Assembly: GCA_964016885.1 (NCBI GenBank)
Contig: OZ024743.1
Span: forward strand, 132,432,001-132,496,000
Source: Eledone cirrhosa
Lineage: Eukaryota
DNA length: 64,000 bases
Direction of reading: 5' to 3'
Part shown: one piece after another, positions 38,001-50,200 of the stretch
Layout of the letters: each line of letters starts with the position of its first letter
Numbering within the stretch: position 1 is the first letter of the stretch
The notes under the pieces: model-generated
The model's database searches: none
Seen by the model: only the letters and a program-made list of their open reading frames with translations
What the model was told of the DNA's origin: nothing
Position numbers and translations under genes: made by a program

Positions 38001-41000
38001 TGTTTGGTGTTTGGTGTTTGCTGTTTGCTGTTTGGTGTCTGCTTTTTCGTGTTTGGTGTTTGCTGTATGGTGTTTGCTGTTTCATGTTTGGAGTTTGCTG
38101 TTTGCTGTTTGCTGTTTCCTGTTTGCTGTTTGGTGTTTGGTGCTTGGTGCTTGGTGCTTGGTGTTTGGTGTTTGGTGCTTGGGGCTTGATGTTTGGTGTT
38201 TGGTGCTTGGTGTCTGGTGTTTGGTGCTTGGTGCTTGGTGATTAGTGTTTGGTGCTTGCTGCTTGGGGTTTGGTGTTTGGTGCTTGGTGCTTGGTGTTTG
38301 GTGCTTGGTGTTTGGTGTTTGGTGCTTGGTGTTTGGTGTTTGGTGTTTGGTGTTTAGTGTTTGGTGTTTGCTGTTTGCTGTTTGGTGTCTGCTTTTTGGT
38401 GTTTGGTGTTTGCTGTATGGTGTTTGCTGTTTCGTGTTTATTGTTTGCTGTTTGGTGTTTGGTGTTTCCTGTTTGGTCTTTAGTCTTTGGTGCTTGGTGT
38501 TTGGTGCTTGGTGCTTGGTATTTGGTGTTTGGTGCTTGGTGCTTGGTGTTTGGTGCTTGGTGCTTGGTGCTTGTTGTTTGGTGTTTGGTGTTTGGTGTTT
38601 GGTGCTTGGTGCTTGGTGTTTGGTGCTTGGTGCTTGGTGTTTCCTGCTGCGTGCTTGGTGTTTTGTGCCTGGTGCTTGGTGCTTGGTGTTTGGTGTTTGG
38701 TGCTTGGTGTTTGGTGCTTGGTGCTAGGTGCTTGGTGTTTGGTGCTTAGTGCTTGGTGTTTGGTGCTTGGTGCTTCGTGTTTGGTGTTTGCTGTTTGCTG
38801 TTTGGTGTTTGCCGTTTGCTGTTTGGTGTTTGCTGTTTGGTGTTTGGTGTTTGGTGCTTGCTGTTTGGTGCTTGGTGTTTGGTGCTTGGTGCTTGGTGTT
38901 TTGTGTTTGGTACTTGGGGCTTGATGTTTGGTGTTTGGTGCTTGGTGTTTGGTGCTTGGTGCTTGGTGCTGGGTGTTTGGTGCTTGGTGCTTGGTGTTTG
39001 GTGCATGGTGCTTGGTGCTTGGTGTTTGGTGCTTGGTGTTTGGTGTTTGGTGCTTGGTGCTTGGTGCTTGGTGTTTTGTGTTTGTTGTTTGCTGTTTGGT
39101 GTTTGGTGTTTGCTCTTTGCTGTTTGGTGTCTGCTTTTTCGCGTTTGGTGTTTGCTGTATGTTGTTTGCTGTTTCATGTTTGGTGTTTGGTGCTTGGTGC
39201 TTGGTGCTAGGTGTTTGGTGTTTGGTGCTTGGTGTTTGGTGCTTAGTGCTTGGTGCTTGGTGTTTGGTGCTTGGTGCCTGGTGCTTGTTGTTTGGTGCTT
39301 GGTGCTTGGTGCTTGGTGTTTTGTGTTTGTTGTTTGCTGTTTGATGTTTGGTGTTTGCTCTTTGCTGTTTGGTGTCTGCTTTTTCGTGTTTGCTGTTTGC
39401 TGTTTGGTGTTTCCTCTTTGCTGTTTGGTGTTTTGTGCTTGGTGCTTGGTGCTTGGTGTTTGGTGTTTGGTGCTTGGTGTTTGGTGCTTAGTGCTTGGTG
39501 TTTGGTGTTTGGTGCTTGGTGCCTGGTGCTTGTTGTTTGGTGTTTGGTGCTTGGTGCTTGATGTTTGGTGTTTGGTGCTTGGTGTCTGGTGTTTGGTGCT
39601 TGGTGTTTGGTGTTTGGTGCTTGGTGCTTGGTGTTTGGTGTTTGGTGCTTGGTGCTTGGTGTTTGGTGTTTTGTGCTTGGTGTTTGGTGCTTGGTGCTTG
39701 GTGTTTGGTGTTTGGTGCTTGGTGCTTGGTGTTTGGTGTTTGATGCTTGGTGTTTGATGCTTGGTGCTTGGTGCTTGGTGTTTGGTGCTTGGTGCTTGGT
39801 GTTTGTACTTGGTGCTTGGTGCTTGGTGTTTGGTGCTTGGTGCTTGGTGTTTGGTGCTTGGTTCTTGGTGTTTGGTGCTTGGTGCTTGGTGTTTGGTGCT
39901 TGGTGCTTGGTGTTTGGTGTTTGGTGCTTGGTGTTTGGTGCTTGGTGCTTGGTGCTTGGTGGTTGGTGTTAGGTGTTTGGTGCTTGGTGCTTGGTGTTTT
40001 GTGCTTCGTGCTTGGTGCTTGGTGTTTGGTGCTTGGTGCTTGGTGTTTGGTGCTTGGTGTTTGGTGCTTGGTGTTTGGTGTTTGGTGTTTGGTGCTTGGT
40101 GCTTGGTGTTTGGTGCTTGGTGCTTGGTGCTTGTTGTTTGGTGATTGGTGCTTGGTGCTTGGTGTTTGGTGTTTGGTGCTTGGGGCTTGGTGTTTGGTAC
40201 TGCATGCTTGGTGCTTGGTGTTTGGTGTTTGGTGCTTGGTGTTTGGTGCTTGGTGCTTGGTGGTTGGTGTTTGGTGCTTGGTTCCTGGTGCATGGTGTTT
40301 GGTGCTTGATGCTTGGTGTTTGGTGTTTGGTGCTTGGTGTTTGGTGATTGGTGCTTGGTGCTTGGTGCTTGGTGCTTGGTGTCTGGTGTTTGGTGCTTGC
40401 TGCTTGCTGCTTGGTGTTTGGTGCCTGGTGATTGGTGCTTGGTGTTTGGTGCTTGGTGCTTGGTGTTTGGTGTTTGGTGCTAGGTGCTTGGTGCTTGGTG
40501 TTTGGTGCTTGGTGTTTGGTGCTTGGTACTTGGGGCTTGGTGTTTGGTGCTTGGTGCTTGGTGTTTGGTGCTTGTTGTTTGGTGCTTGGTGCTTGGTGTT
40601 TGGTGTTTGGTGCTTGGTGTTTGGTGCTTGGTGCTTGGTGCTGGGTTGTTGGCGTTTGGTGCTTGGTGCTTGGTGTTTGGCGCTTGGTGCTTGGTGCTTG
40701 GTGTTTGGTGCTTGGTCTTTGGTGCTTGGTGTTTGGTGTTTGGTGCTTGGTGCTTGGTGTTTGGTGCTTGGTGCTTGGTGATTAGTGTTTGGTGCTTGGT
40801 GCTTGTGGTTTGGTGTTTGGTGCTTGGTGTTTGGTGCTTGGTGCTTGGTGTTTGGTGCTTGGTGTTTGGTTTTTGCTGTTTGGTGTTTGGTGTCTGCTTT
40901 TTGGTGTTTGGTGTTTGCTGTATGGTGTTTGCTGTTTCGTGTTTATTGTTTGCTGTTTGGTGTTTGGTGTTTCCTGTTTGGTCATTAGTCTTTGGTGCTT

Positions 41001-42943
41001 GGTGTTTGGTGCTTGGTGCTTGGTGCTTGGTGTTTGGTGCTTGGTGCTTGGTGCTTGTTGTTTGGTGATTGGTGCTTGGTGTTTGGTGTTTGGTGCTTGG
41101 GGCTTGGTGTTTGGTGCTGCGTGCTTGGTGCTTGGTGCTTGGTGCTTGGTGCTTGGTGTTTTGTGTTTGGTGTTTGATGCTTGGTGTTTGGTGTTTGGTG
41201 TTTGGTGCTTAGTGTTTGGTGTTTGATGCTTGGTGCTTGATGCTTGGTGCTTGGTGCTTGGTGTTTGGTGCTTGGTGCTTGGTGTTTGTACTTGGTGCTT
41301 GGTGCTTGGTGATTGGTGCTTGGTGTTTGGTGCTTGGTGTTTGGTGTTTGCTCTTTGCTGTTTGGTGTTTGGTGTTTGCTGTTTCGTGTTTGGTGTTTGC
41401 TGTTTGCTGTTTGGTGTTTGCTGTTTGGTGCTTGGTGTTTGGTGCTTGGTGCTTGGTGTTTGGTGTTTGGTGTTTGGTGCTTGGTGCTTGGGGCTTGGTG
41501 TTTGGTGCTTGGTGCTTGGTGCTTGGTGTTTGGTGTTTGGTGCTTGGTGTTTGGTGCTTGGTGCTTGGTGCAGGGTGTTTGGTGCTTGGTGCTTGGTGTT
41601 TGGTGCATGGTGCTTTGTTTTTGGTGTTTGTCACTTGGTGCTTGGTGCTTGGTGTTTGGTGCTTAGTGTTTGGTGTTTGGTGCTTGGTGCTTGGTGTTTG
41701 GTGTTTGGTGCTTGGTGTTTGGTGTTTGGTGCTTGGTGCTTGGTGTTTGTTGCTCGGTACTTGGTGCATGGTGTTTGGTGCTGCGTGCTTGGTGTTTGGT
41801 GCTTGGTGTTTGGTGCTTGGTGTTTGGTGTTTGGTGCTTCGTGCTTGGGGCTTGGTGTTTGGTGCTAGGTGCTTGGTGCTTGGTGCTTGGTGTTTGGTGC
41901 TTGGTGTTTGGTGCTTGGTACTTGGGGCTTGGTGTTTGGTGCTTGGTGCTTGGGGTTTGGTGCTTGGTGCTTGGTGTTTGGTGTTTGGTGCTTGGTGTTT
42001 GGTGTTTGGTGTTTGGTGCTTGGTGTTTGGTGTTATATGCTTGGTGCTTGGTGCTTGGTGTTTGGTGCTTGGTGCTTGGTGTGTGGTGCTTGTTGCTTGG
42101 TACTTGGTGCTTGGTGTTTGGTGCTTGGTGCCTGGTGTTTGGTGCTTGGTGCTTGGTGCTTGGTGTTTGGTGCTTGGTGCTTGGTGTTTGGTGTTTGGTG
42201 CTTGGTGTTTGGTGTTTGGTGTTTGGTGCTTGGTGCTTGGTGTTTGGTGCTTGGTGCTTGGTGTTTGGTGTTTCGTGTTTGGTGTTTGGTGCTTGTTGCT
42301 TGGTGCTTGGTGCTTGGTGCTTTGTGCTTGGTGCTTGGTGTTTGGTGTTTGGTGCTTGGTGCTTGGTGTTTGGTGTTTGGTGTTATATGCTTGGTGTTTG
42401 ATGCTTGGTGCTTGGTGCTTGGTGTTTGGTGCTTGGTGCTTGGTGTTTGGTGCTTGGTGCTTGGTGATTGGTGCTTGGTGTTTGGTGCTTGGTGTTTGGT
42501 GCTTGGTGTTTGGTGCTTGGTGCCTGGTGCTTGGTGCTTGGTGCTTGGTGTTTGGTGCTTGGTGTTTGGTGCTTGGTGTTAGGTGTTTGGTGCTTGGTGC
42601 TTGGTGTTTGGTGCTTGGTATTTGGTGCTTGGTGTTTGGTTTTTGGTGTTTGGTGCTTGGTGTTTGGTGTTTGGTGCTTGCTGCTGGCTGCTTGGTGTTT
42701 GGTGCTTGGTGATTGGTGCTTGGTGTTTGGTGCTTGGTGTTTGGTGTTTGGTACTAGGTGCTTGGTGCTTGGTGTTTGGTGCTTGGTGCTTGGTGTCTGG
42801 TGTTTGGTGTTTGGTGCTTGGTGCTTGGTGTTTGGTGCTTGGTCTTTGGTGCTTGGTGTTTGGTGCTTGGTGCTTGGTGTTTGGTGCTTAGTGCTTGGTG
42901 ATTAGTGTTTGGTGCTTGGTGCTTGTGGTTTGGTGTTTGGTGC

Positions 42944-45900
42944 TTGGTGCTTGGTGTTTGGTGCTTGGTGCTTGGTGTTTGGTGCTTGGTGTTTGGTTTT
43001 TGCTGTTGGCTGTTTGGTGTTTGGTGTTTGCTGTTTGCTGTTTGGTGTCTGCTTTTTGGTGTTTGGTGTTTGCTGTATGGTGTTTGCTGTTTCGTGTTTA
43101 TTGTTTGCTGTTTGGTGTTTGGTGTTTGGTGTTTCCTGTTTGGTCTTTAGTCTTTGGTGCTTGGTGTTTGGTGCTTGGTGCTTGGTGTTTGGTGCTTGGT
43201 GGTTGGTGCTTGTTGTTTGGTGATTGGTGCTTGGTGTTTGGTGGTTGGTGCTTGGGGCTTGGTGTTTGGTGCTGCGTGCTTGGTGATTGGTGCTTGGTGC
43301 TTGGTGTTTTGTGTTTGGTGTTTGATGCTTTGTGTTTGGTGTTTGGTGTTTGGTGCTTGGTGCTTGGTGTTTGGTGTTTGATGCTTGGTGCTTGATGCTT
43401 GGTGCTTGGTGCTTGGTGTTTGGTGCTTGGTGCTTGGTGATTGTACTTGGTGCTTGGTGCTTGGTGTTTGGTGCTTGGTGTTTGGTGCTTGGTGTTTGGG
43501 GTTTGCTCTTTGCTGTTTGGTGTTTGGTGTTTGCTGTTTGGTGTTTGGTGTTTGGTGTTTGCTGTTTGGTGTTTGTTGTTTGGTGCTTGGTGCTTGGTGC
43601 TTGGTGCTTGGTGTTTGGTGTTTGGTGTTTGATGCTTGGTGCTTGGGGCTTGGTGTTTGGTGCTTGGTGCTTGGTGCTTGGTGTTTGGTGTTTGGTGCTT
43701 GGTGTTTGGTGCTTGGTGCTTGGTGCTGGGTGTTTGGTGCTTGGTGCTTGGTGTTTGGTGCATGGTGCTTGGTTTTTGGTGTTTGTCGCTTGATGCTTGG
43801 TGCTTGGTGTTTGGTGCTTGGTGTTTGGTGTTTGGTGCTTGGTCCTTGGTGTTTGGTGTTTGGTGCTTGATGTTTGGTGTTTGGTGCTTGGTGCTTGGTG
43901 TTTGTTGATTGGTACTTGGTGCATGGTGTTTGATGCTTGGTGTTTGATGCTTGGTGCTTGGTGTTTGGTGCTTGGTGTTTGTACTTGGTGCTTGGTGCTT
44001 GGTGTTTTGTGCTTGGTTCTTGGTGTTTGGTGTTTGGCGCTTGGTGCTTGGTGTTTAGTGCTTGGTGCTTGGTGTTTTTTGTTTGGTGCTTTCTGCTTGC
44101 TGCTTGGTGTTTGGTGCTTGGTGATTGGTGCTTGGTGTTTGGTGCTTGGTGCTTGGTGTTTGGTGTTTGGTGCTAGGTGCTTGGTGTTTGGTGTTTGGTG
44201 TTTGGTGCTTGGTGTTTGGTGCTTGGTACTTGGGGCTTGGTGTTTGGTGCTTGGTGCTTGGTGTTTGGTGTTTGGTGCTAGGTGCTTGGTGTTTGGTGTT
44301 TGGTGTTTGGTGCTTGGTGTTTGGTGCTTGGTACTTGGGGCTTGGTGTTTGGTGCTTGGTGCTTGGTGTTTTGTGTTTGGTGTTTGATGCTTGGTGTTTG
44401 GTGTTTGGTGTTTGGTGCTTGGTGTTTGGTGTTTGGTGTTTGGTACTTGGTGCTTGGTGTTTGATGCTTGGTGCTTGATGCTTGGTGCTTGGTGTTTGGT
44501 GCTTGGTGTTTGGTTTTTGCTGTTTGCTGTTTGGTGTTTGGTGTTTGCTGTTTGCTGTTTGGTGTCTGCTTTTTGGTGTTTGGTGTTTGCTGTATGTTGT
44601 TTGCTGTTTCGTGTTTATTGTTTGCTGTTTGGTGTTTGGTGTTTGGTGTTTCCTGTTTGGTCTTTAGTCTTTGGTGCTTGGTGTTTGGTGCTTGGTGCTT
44701 GGTGTTTGGTGCTTGGTGTTTGGTTTTTGCTGTTTGCTGTTTGGTGTTTGGTGTTTGCTGTTTGCTGTTTGGTGTCTGCTTTTTGGTGTTTGGTGTTTGC
44801 TGTATGGTGTTTGCTGTTTCGTGTTTATTGTTTGCTGTTTGGTGTTTGGTGTTTGGTGTTTCCTGTTTGGTCTTTAGTCTTTGGTGCTTGGTGTTTGGTG
44901 CTTGGTGCTTGGTGTTTGGTGCTTGGTGGCTGGTGCTTGTTGTTTGGTGATTGGTGCTTGGTGTTTGGTGGTTGGTGCTTGGGGCTTGGTGTTTGGTGCT
45001 GCGTGCTTGGTGATTGGTGCTTGGTGCTTGGTGTTTTGTGTTTGGTGTTTGATGCTTGGTGTTTGGTGTTTGGTGTTTGGTGCTTGGTGCTTGGTGTTTG
45101 GTGTTTGATGCTTGGTGCTTGATGCTTGGTGCTTGGTGCTTGGTGTTTGGTGCTTGGTGCTTGGTGATTGTACTTGGTGCTTGGTGCTTGGTGTTTGGTG
45201 CTTGGTGTTTGGTGCTTGGTGTTTGGTGTTTGCTCTTTGCTGTTTGGTGTTTGGTGTTTGCTGTTTGGTGTTTGGTGTTTGGTGTTTGCTGTTTGGTGTT
45301 TGTTGTTTGGTGCTTGGTGCTTGGTGCTTGGTGCTTGGTGTTTGGTGTTTGGTGTTTGATGCTTGGTGCTTGGGGCTTGGTGTTTGGTGCTTGGTGCTTG
45401 GTGCTTGGTGTTTGGTGTTTGGTGCTTGGTGTTTGGTGCTTGGTGCTTGGTGCTGGGTGTTTGGTGCTTGGTGCTTGGTGTTTGGTGCATGGTGCTTGGT
45501 TTTTGGTGTTTGTCGCTTGATGCTTGGTGCTTGGTGTTTGGTGCTTGGTGTTTGGTGTTTGGTGCTTGGTCCTTGGTGTTTGGTGTTTGGTGCTTGATGT
45601 TTGGTGTTTGGTGCTTGGTGCTTGGTGTTTGTTGATTGGTACTTGGTGCATGGTGTTTGATGCTTGGTGTTTGATGCTTGGTGCTTGGTGTTTGGTGCTT
45701 GGTGTTTGTACTTGGTGCTTGGTGCTTGGTGTTTTGTGCTTGGTTCTTGGTGTTTGGTGTTTGGCGCTTGGTGCTTGGTGTTTAGTGCTTGGTGCTTGGT
45801 GTTTTTTGTTTGGTGCTTTCTGCTTGCTGCTTGGTGTTTGGTGCTTGGTGATTGGTGCTTGGTGTTTGGTGCTTGGTGCTTGGTGTTTGGTGTTTGGTGC

Positions 45901-47250
45901 TAGGTGCTTGGTGTTTGGTGTTTGGTGTTTGGTGCTTGGTGTTTGGTGCTTGGTACTTGGGGCTTGGTGTTTGGTGCTTGGTGCTTGGTGTTTGGTGTTT
46001 GGTGCTAGGTGCTTGGTGTTTGGTGTTTGGTGTTTGGTGCTTGGTGTTTGGTGCTTGGTACTTGGGGCTTGGTGTTTGGTGCTTGGTGCTTGGTGTTTTG
46101 TGTTTGGTGTTTGATGCTTGGTGTTTGGTGTTTGGTGTTTGGTGCTTGGTGTTTGGTGTTTGGTGTTTGGTACTTGGTGCTTGGTGTTTGATGCTTGGTG
46201 CTTGATGCTTGGTGCTTGGTGTTTGGTGCTTGGTGCTTGGTTTTTGCTGTTTGCTGTTTGGTGTTTGGTGTTTGCTGTTTGCTGTTTGGTGTCTGCTTTT
46301 TGGTGTTTGGTGTTTGCTGTATGTTGTTTGCTGTTTCGTGTTTATTGTTTGCTGTTTGGTGTTTGGTGTTTGGTGTTTCCTGTTTGGTCTTTAGTCTTTG
46401 GTGCTTGGTGTTTGGTGCTTGGTGTTTGGTTTTTGCTGTTTTTGTTTGGTGTTTGGTGTTTGCTGTTTGCTGTTTGGTGTCTGCTTTTTGGTGTTTGGTG
46501 TTTGCTGTATGGTGTTTGCTGTTTCGTGTTTATTGTTTGCTGTTTGGTGTTTGGTGTTTGGTGTTTCCTGTTTGGTCTTTAGTCTTTGGTGCTTGGTGTT
46601 TGGTGCTTGGTGCTTGGTGTTTGGTGCTTGGTGGTTGGTGCTTGTTGTTTGGTGATTGGTGCTTGGTGTTTGGTGGTTGGTGCTTGGGGCTTGGTGTTTG
46701 GTGCTGCGTGCTTGGTGCTTGGTGCTTGGTGCTTGGTGTTTTGTGTTTGGTGTTTGATGCTTGGTGTTTGGTGTTTGGTGTTTGGTGCTTGGTGCTTGGT
46801 GTTTGGTGTTTGATTCTTGGTGCTTGATGCTTGGTGCTTGGTGCTTGGTGTTTGGTGCTTGGTGCTTGGTGATCGTACTTGGTGCTTGGTGCTTGGTGTT
46901 TGGTGCTTGGTGTTTGGTGCTTGGTGTTTGGTGTTTGCTCTTTGCTGTTTGGTGTTTGGTGTTTGGTGTTTGGTGTTTGGTGTTTGGTGTTTGCTGTTTG
47001 GTGTTTGTTGTTTGGTGCTTGGTGTTTGGTGCTTGGTGCTTGGTGTTTGGTGTTTGGTGTTTGGTGCTTGGTGCTTGGGGCTTGGTGTTTGGTGCTTGGT
47101 GCTTGGTGCTTGGTGTTTGGTGTTTGGTGCTTGGTGTTTGGTGCTTGGTGCTTGGTGCTGCGTGTTTGGTGCTTGGTGCTTGGTGTTTGGTGCTTGGTGC
47201 TTGGTTTTTGGTGTTTGTCGCTTGATGCTTGGTGCTTGGTGTTTGGTGCT
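42944..47250 (+). repeat. 1727-bp higher-order repeat, about 2.5 tandem copies (42944-44670, 44671-46397, partial third from 46398)
   Basis: ORF pairs at offset 1727 (43098/44825, 43154/44881, 43797/45524, 44391/46118, 44482/46209), then 1705 (44881/46586, 45056/46761). 1727 = 247 x 7 - 2, matching TTGTAC at 43441 and 43979. Confidence 0.9.
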
Positions 47251-50200
47251 TGGTGTTTGTACTTGGTGCTTGGTGCTTGGTGTTTTGTGCTTGGTTCTTG
47301 GTGTTTGGTGTTTGGCGCTTGGTGCTTGGTGTTAGGTGTTTGGTGCTTGGTGCTTGGTGTTTGGTGTTTGGTCCTTGGTGCTTGGTGTTTAGTGCTTGGT
47401 GCTTGGTGTTTTTTGTTTGGTGCTTTCTGCTTGCTGCTTGGTGTTTGGTGCTTGGTGATTGGTGCTTGGTGTTTGGTGCTTGGTGCTTGGTGTTTGGTGT
47501 TTGGTGCTAGGTGCTTGGTGTTTGGTGTTTGGTGTTTGTTGCTTGGTGTTTGGTGCTTGGTACTTGGGGCTTGGTGTTTGGTGCTTGGTGCTTGGTGTTT
47601 GGTGTTTGGTGCTTGGGGCTTGGTGTTTGGTGTTGCGTGCTTGGTGCTTGGTGCTTGGTGCTTGGTGTTTTGTGTTTGGTGTTTGATGCTTGGTGTTTGG
47701 TGTTTGGTGTTTGGTGCTTGGTGTTTGGTGTTTGGTGTTTGGTGCTTGGTGCTTGGTGTTTGATGCTTGGTGCTTGATGCTTGGTGCTTGGTGTTTGGTG
47801 CTTGGTGTTTGTACTTGGTGCTTGGTGCTTGGTGTTTGGTGCTTGGTGTTTGGTGCTTGGTGTTTGGTGTTTGCTGTTTGCTGTTTGCTGTTTGCTGTTT
47901 GGTGTTTGCTGTTTGGTGTTTGCTGTTTGGTGTTTGGTGCTTGCTGTTGGGTGTTTGGTGTTTGGTGCTTGCTGCTTAGTGTTTGGTGTTTGGTGTTTGG
48001 TGCTTGGTGCTTGGGGCTTGGTGTTTGGTGCTTGGTGCTTGGTGCTTGGTGTTTGGTGTTTGGTGCTTGGTGCTTGGTGCTGGGTGTTTGGTGCTTGGTG
48101 TTTGGTGCATGGTGCTTGGTGCTTGGTGTTTGGTGTTTGGTGCTTGGTGCTTGGTGTTTGGTGCTTGGTGCTTGGTGTTTGGTGTTTGGTGCTTGGTGCT
48201 TGGTGTTTGGTGTTTGGTGCTTGGTGTTTGGTGTTTGGTGCTTGGTGCTTGGTGTTTGTTGCTTGGTACTTGGTGCATGGTGTTTGGTACTGTGTGCTTG
48301 GTGTTTGGTGCTTGGTGTTTGGTGCTTGGTGCTTGGTGTTTGGTGTTTGGTGTTTGATGCTTGGTGTTTGATACTTGGTGCTTGGTGCTTGGTGTTTGGT
48401 GCTTGGTGTTTGTACTTGGTGTTTGGTGCTTGGTGTTTTGTGCTTGGTTCTTGGTGTTTGGTGTTTGGTGCTTGGTGCTTGGTGCTTGGTGTTAGGTGTT
48501 TCGTGCTTGGTGCTTGGTGTTTGGTGTTTGGTCCTTGGTGCTTGGTGTTTAGTACTTGGTGCTTGGTGTTTGTTGTTTGGTGTTTTCTGCTTGCTGCTTG
48601 GTGTTTGGTGCTTGGTGTTTGGTGCTAGGTGCTTGGTGTTTGGTGTTTGGTGTTTGGTGTTTGGTGTATGCTGTTTGGTGTCTGCTTTTTGGTGTTTTGT
48701 GTTTGCTGTATGGTGTTTGCTGTTTGGTGTTTGGTGTTTGCTGTTTTGTGTTTGGTGTTTGCTGTTTGGTCTATGGTGCTTGGTGTTTGGTGTTTGGTGC
48801 TTGGTGTTTGGTGTTTGGTGCTTGGTGCTTGGTGCTTGGTGTTTGGTGTTTGGTGCTTGGTGTCTGGTGCTTGGTGTTTGGTGTTTGGTGTTTGGTGCTT
48901 GGTGTTTGGTGTTTGGTGTTTGGTGCTTGGTGCTTGGTGTTTGGTGTTTCGTGTTTGGTGTTTGGTGCTTGTTGCTTGGTGCTTGGTGCTTGGTGTTTGG
49001 TGCTTGGTGCTTGGTGTTTGGTGCTGGGTGCGTGGTGTTTGGTGCTTGGTGCTTGGTGCTTGGTGTTTGGTGTTTGGTGCTTGGTGCTTGGTGTTTGGTG
49101 TTTGGTGTTATATGCTTGGTGTTTGATGCTTGGTGCTTGGTGCTTGGTGTTTGGTGCTTGGTGGTTGGTGTTTGTACTTGGTGCTTGGTGCTTGGTTCTT
49201 GGTGTTTGGTGCTTGGTGTTTGGTGCTTGGTGCTTGGTGTTTGGTGCTTGGTGTTTGGTGCTTGGTGTTTGGTGCTTGGTGCCTGGTGCTTGGTGCTTGG
49301 TGCTTGGTGTTTGGTGCTTGGTGTTTGGTGCTTGGTGTTAGGTGTTTGGTGCTTGGTGTTTGGTGCTTGGTGTTTGGTGCTTGGTGCTTGGTGTTTGGTG
49401 TTTGGTGCTTGGTGTTTGGTGCTTGGTACTTGGTGCTTGGTGCTTGGTGTTAGGTGTCTGGTGCTTGGTGCTTGGTGTTTGGTTTTTGGTGCTTGGTGCT
49501 TGGTGTTTGGTGTTTGGTGCTTGCTGCTGGCTGCTTGGTGTTTGGTGCTTGGTGATTGGTGCTTGGTGTTTGGTGCTTGGTGTTTGGTGTTTGGTACTAG
49601 GTGCTTGGTGCTTGGTGTTTGGTGCTTGGTGCTTGGTGTCTGGTGTTTGGTGTTTGGTGCTTGGTGCTTGGTGTTTGGTGCTTGGTCTTTGGTGCTTGGT
49701 GTTTGGTGCTTGGTGCTTGGTGTTTGGTGCTTGGTGCTTGGTGATTAGTGTTTGGTGCTTGGTGCTTGTGGTTTGGTGTTTGGTGCTTGGTGCTTGGTGT
49801 TTGGTGCTTGGTGCTTGGTGTTTGGTGCTTGGTGTTTGGTTTTTGCTGTTTGCTGTTTGGTGTTTGGTGTTTGGTGTTTGCTGTTTGCTGTTTGGTATCT
49901 GCTTTTTGGTGTTTGGTGTTTGCTGTATGGTGTTTGCTGTTTCGTGTTTATTGTTTGCTGTTTGGTGTTTGGTGTTTGGTGTTTCCTGTTTGGTCTTTAG
50001 TCTTTGGTGCTTGGTGTTTGGTGCTTGGTGCTTGGTGTTTGGTGCTTGGTGGTTGGTGCTTGTTGTTCGGTGATTGGTGCTTGGTGTTTGGTGGTTGGTG
50101 CTTGGGGCTTGGTGTTTGGTGCTGCGTGCTTGGTGCTTGGTGCTTGGTGCTTGGTGTTTTGTGTTTGGTGTTTGATGCTTGGTGTTTGGTGTTTGGTGTT

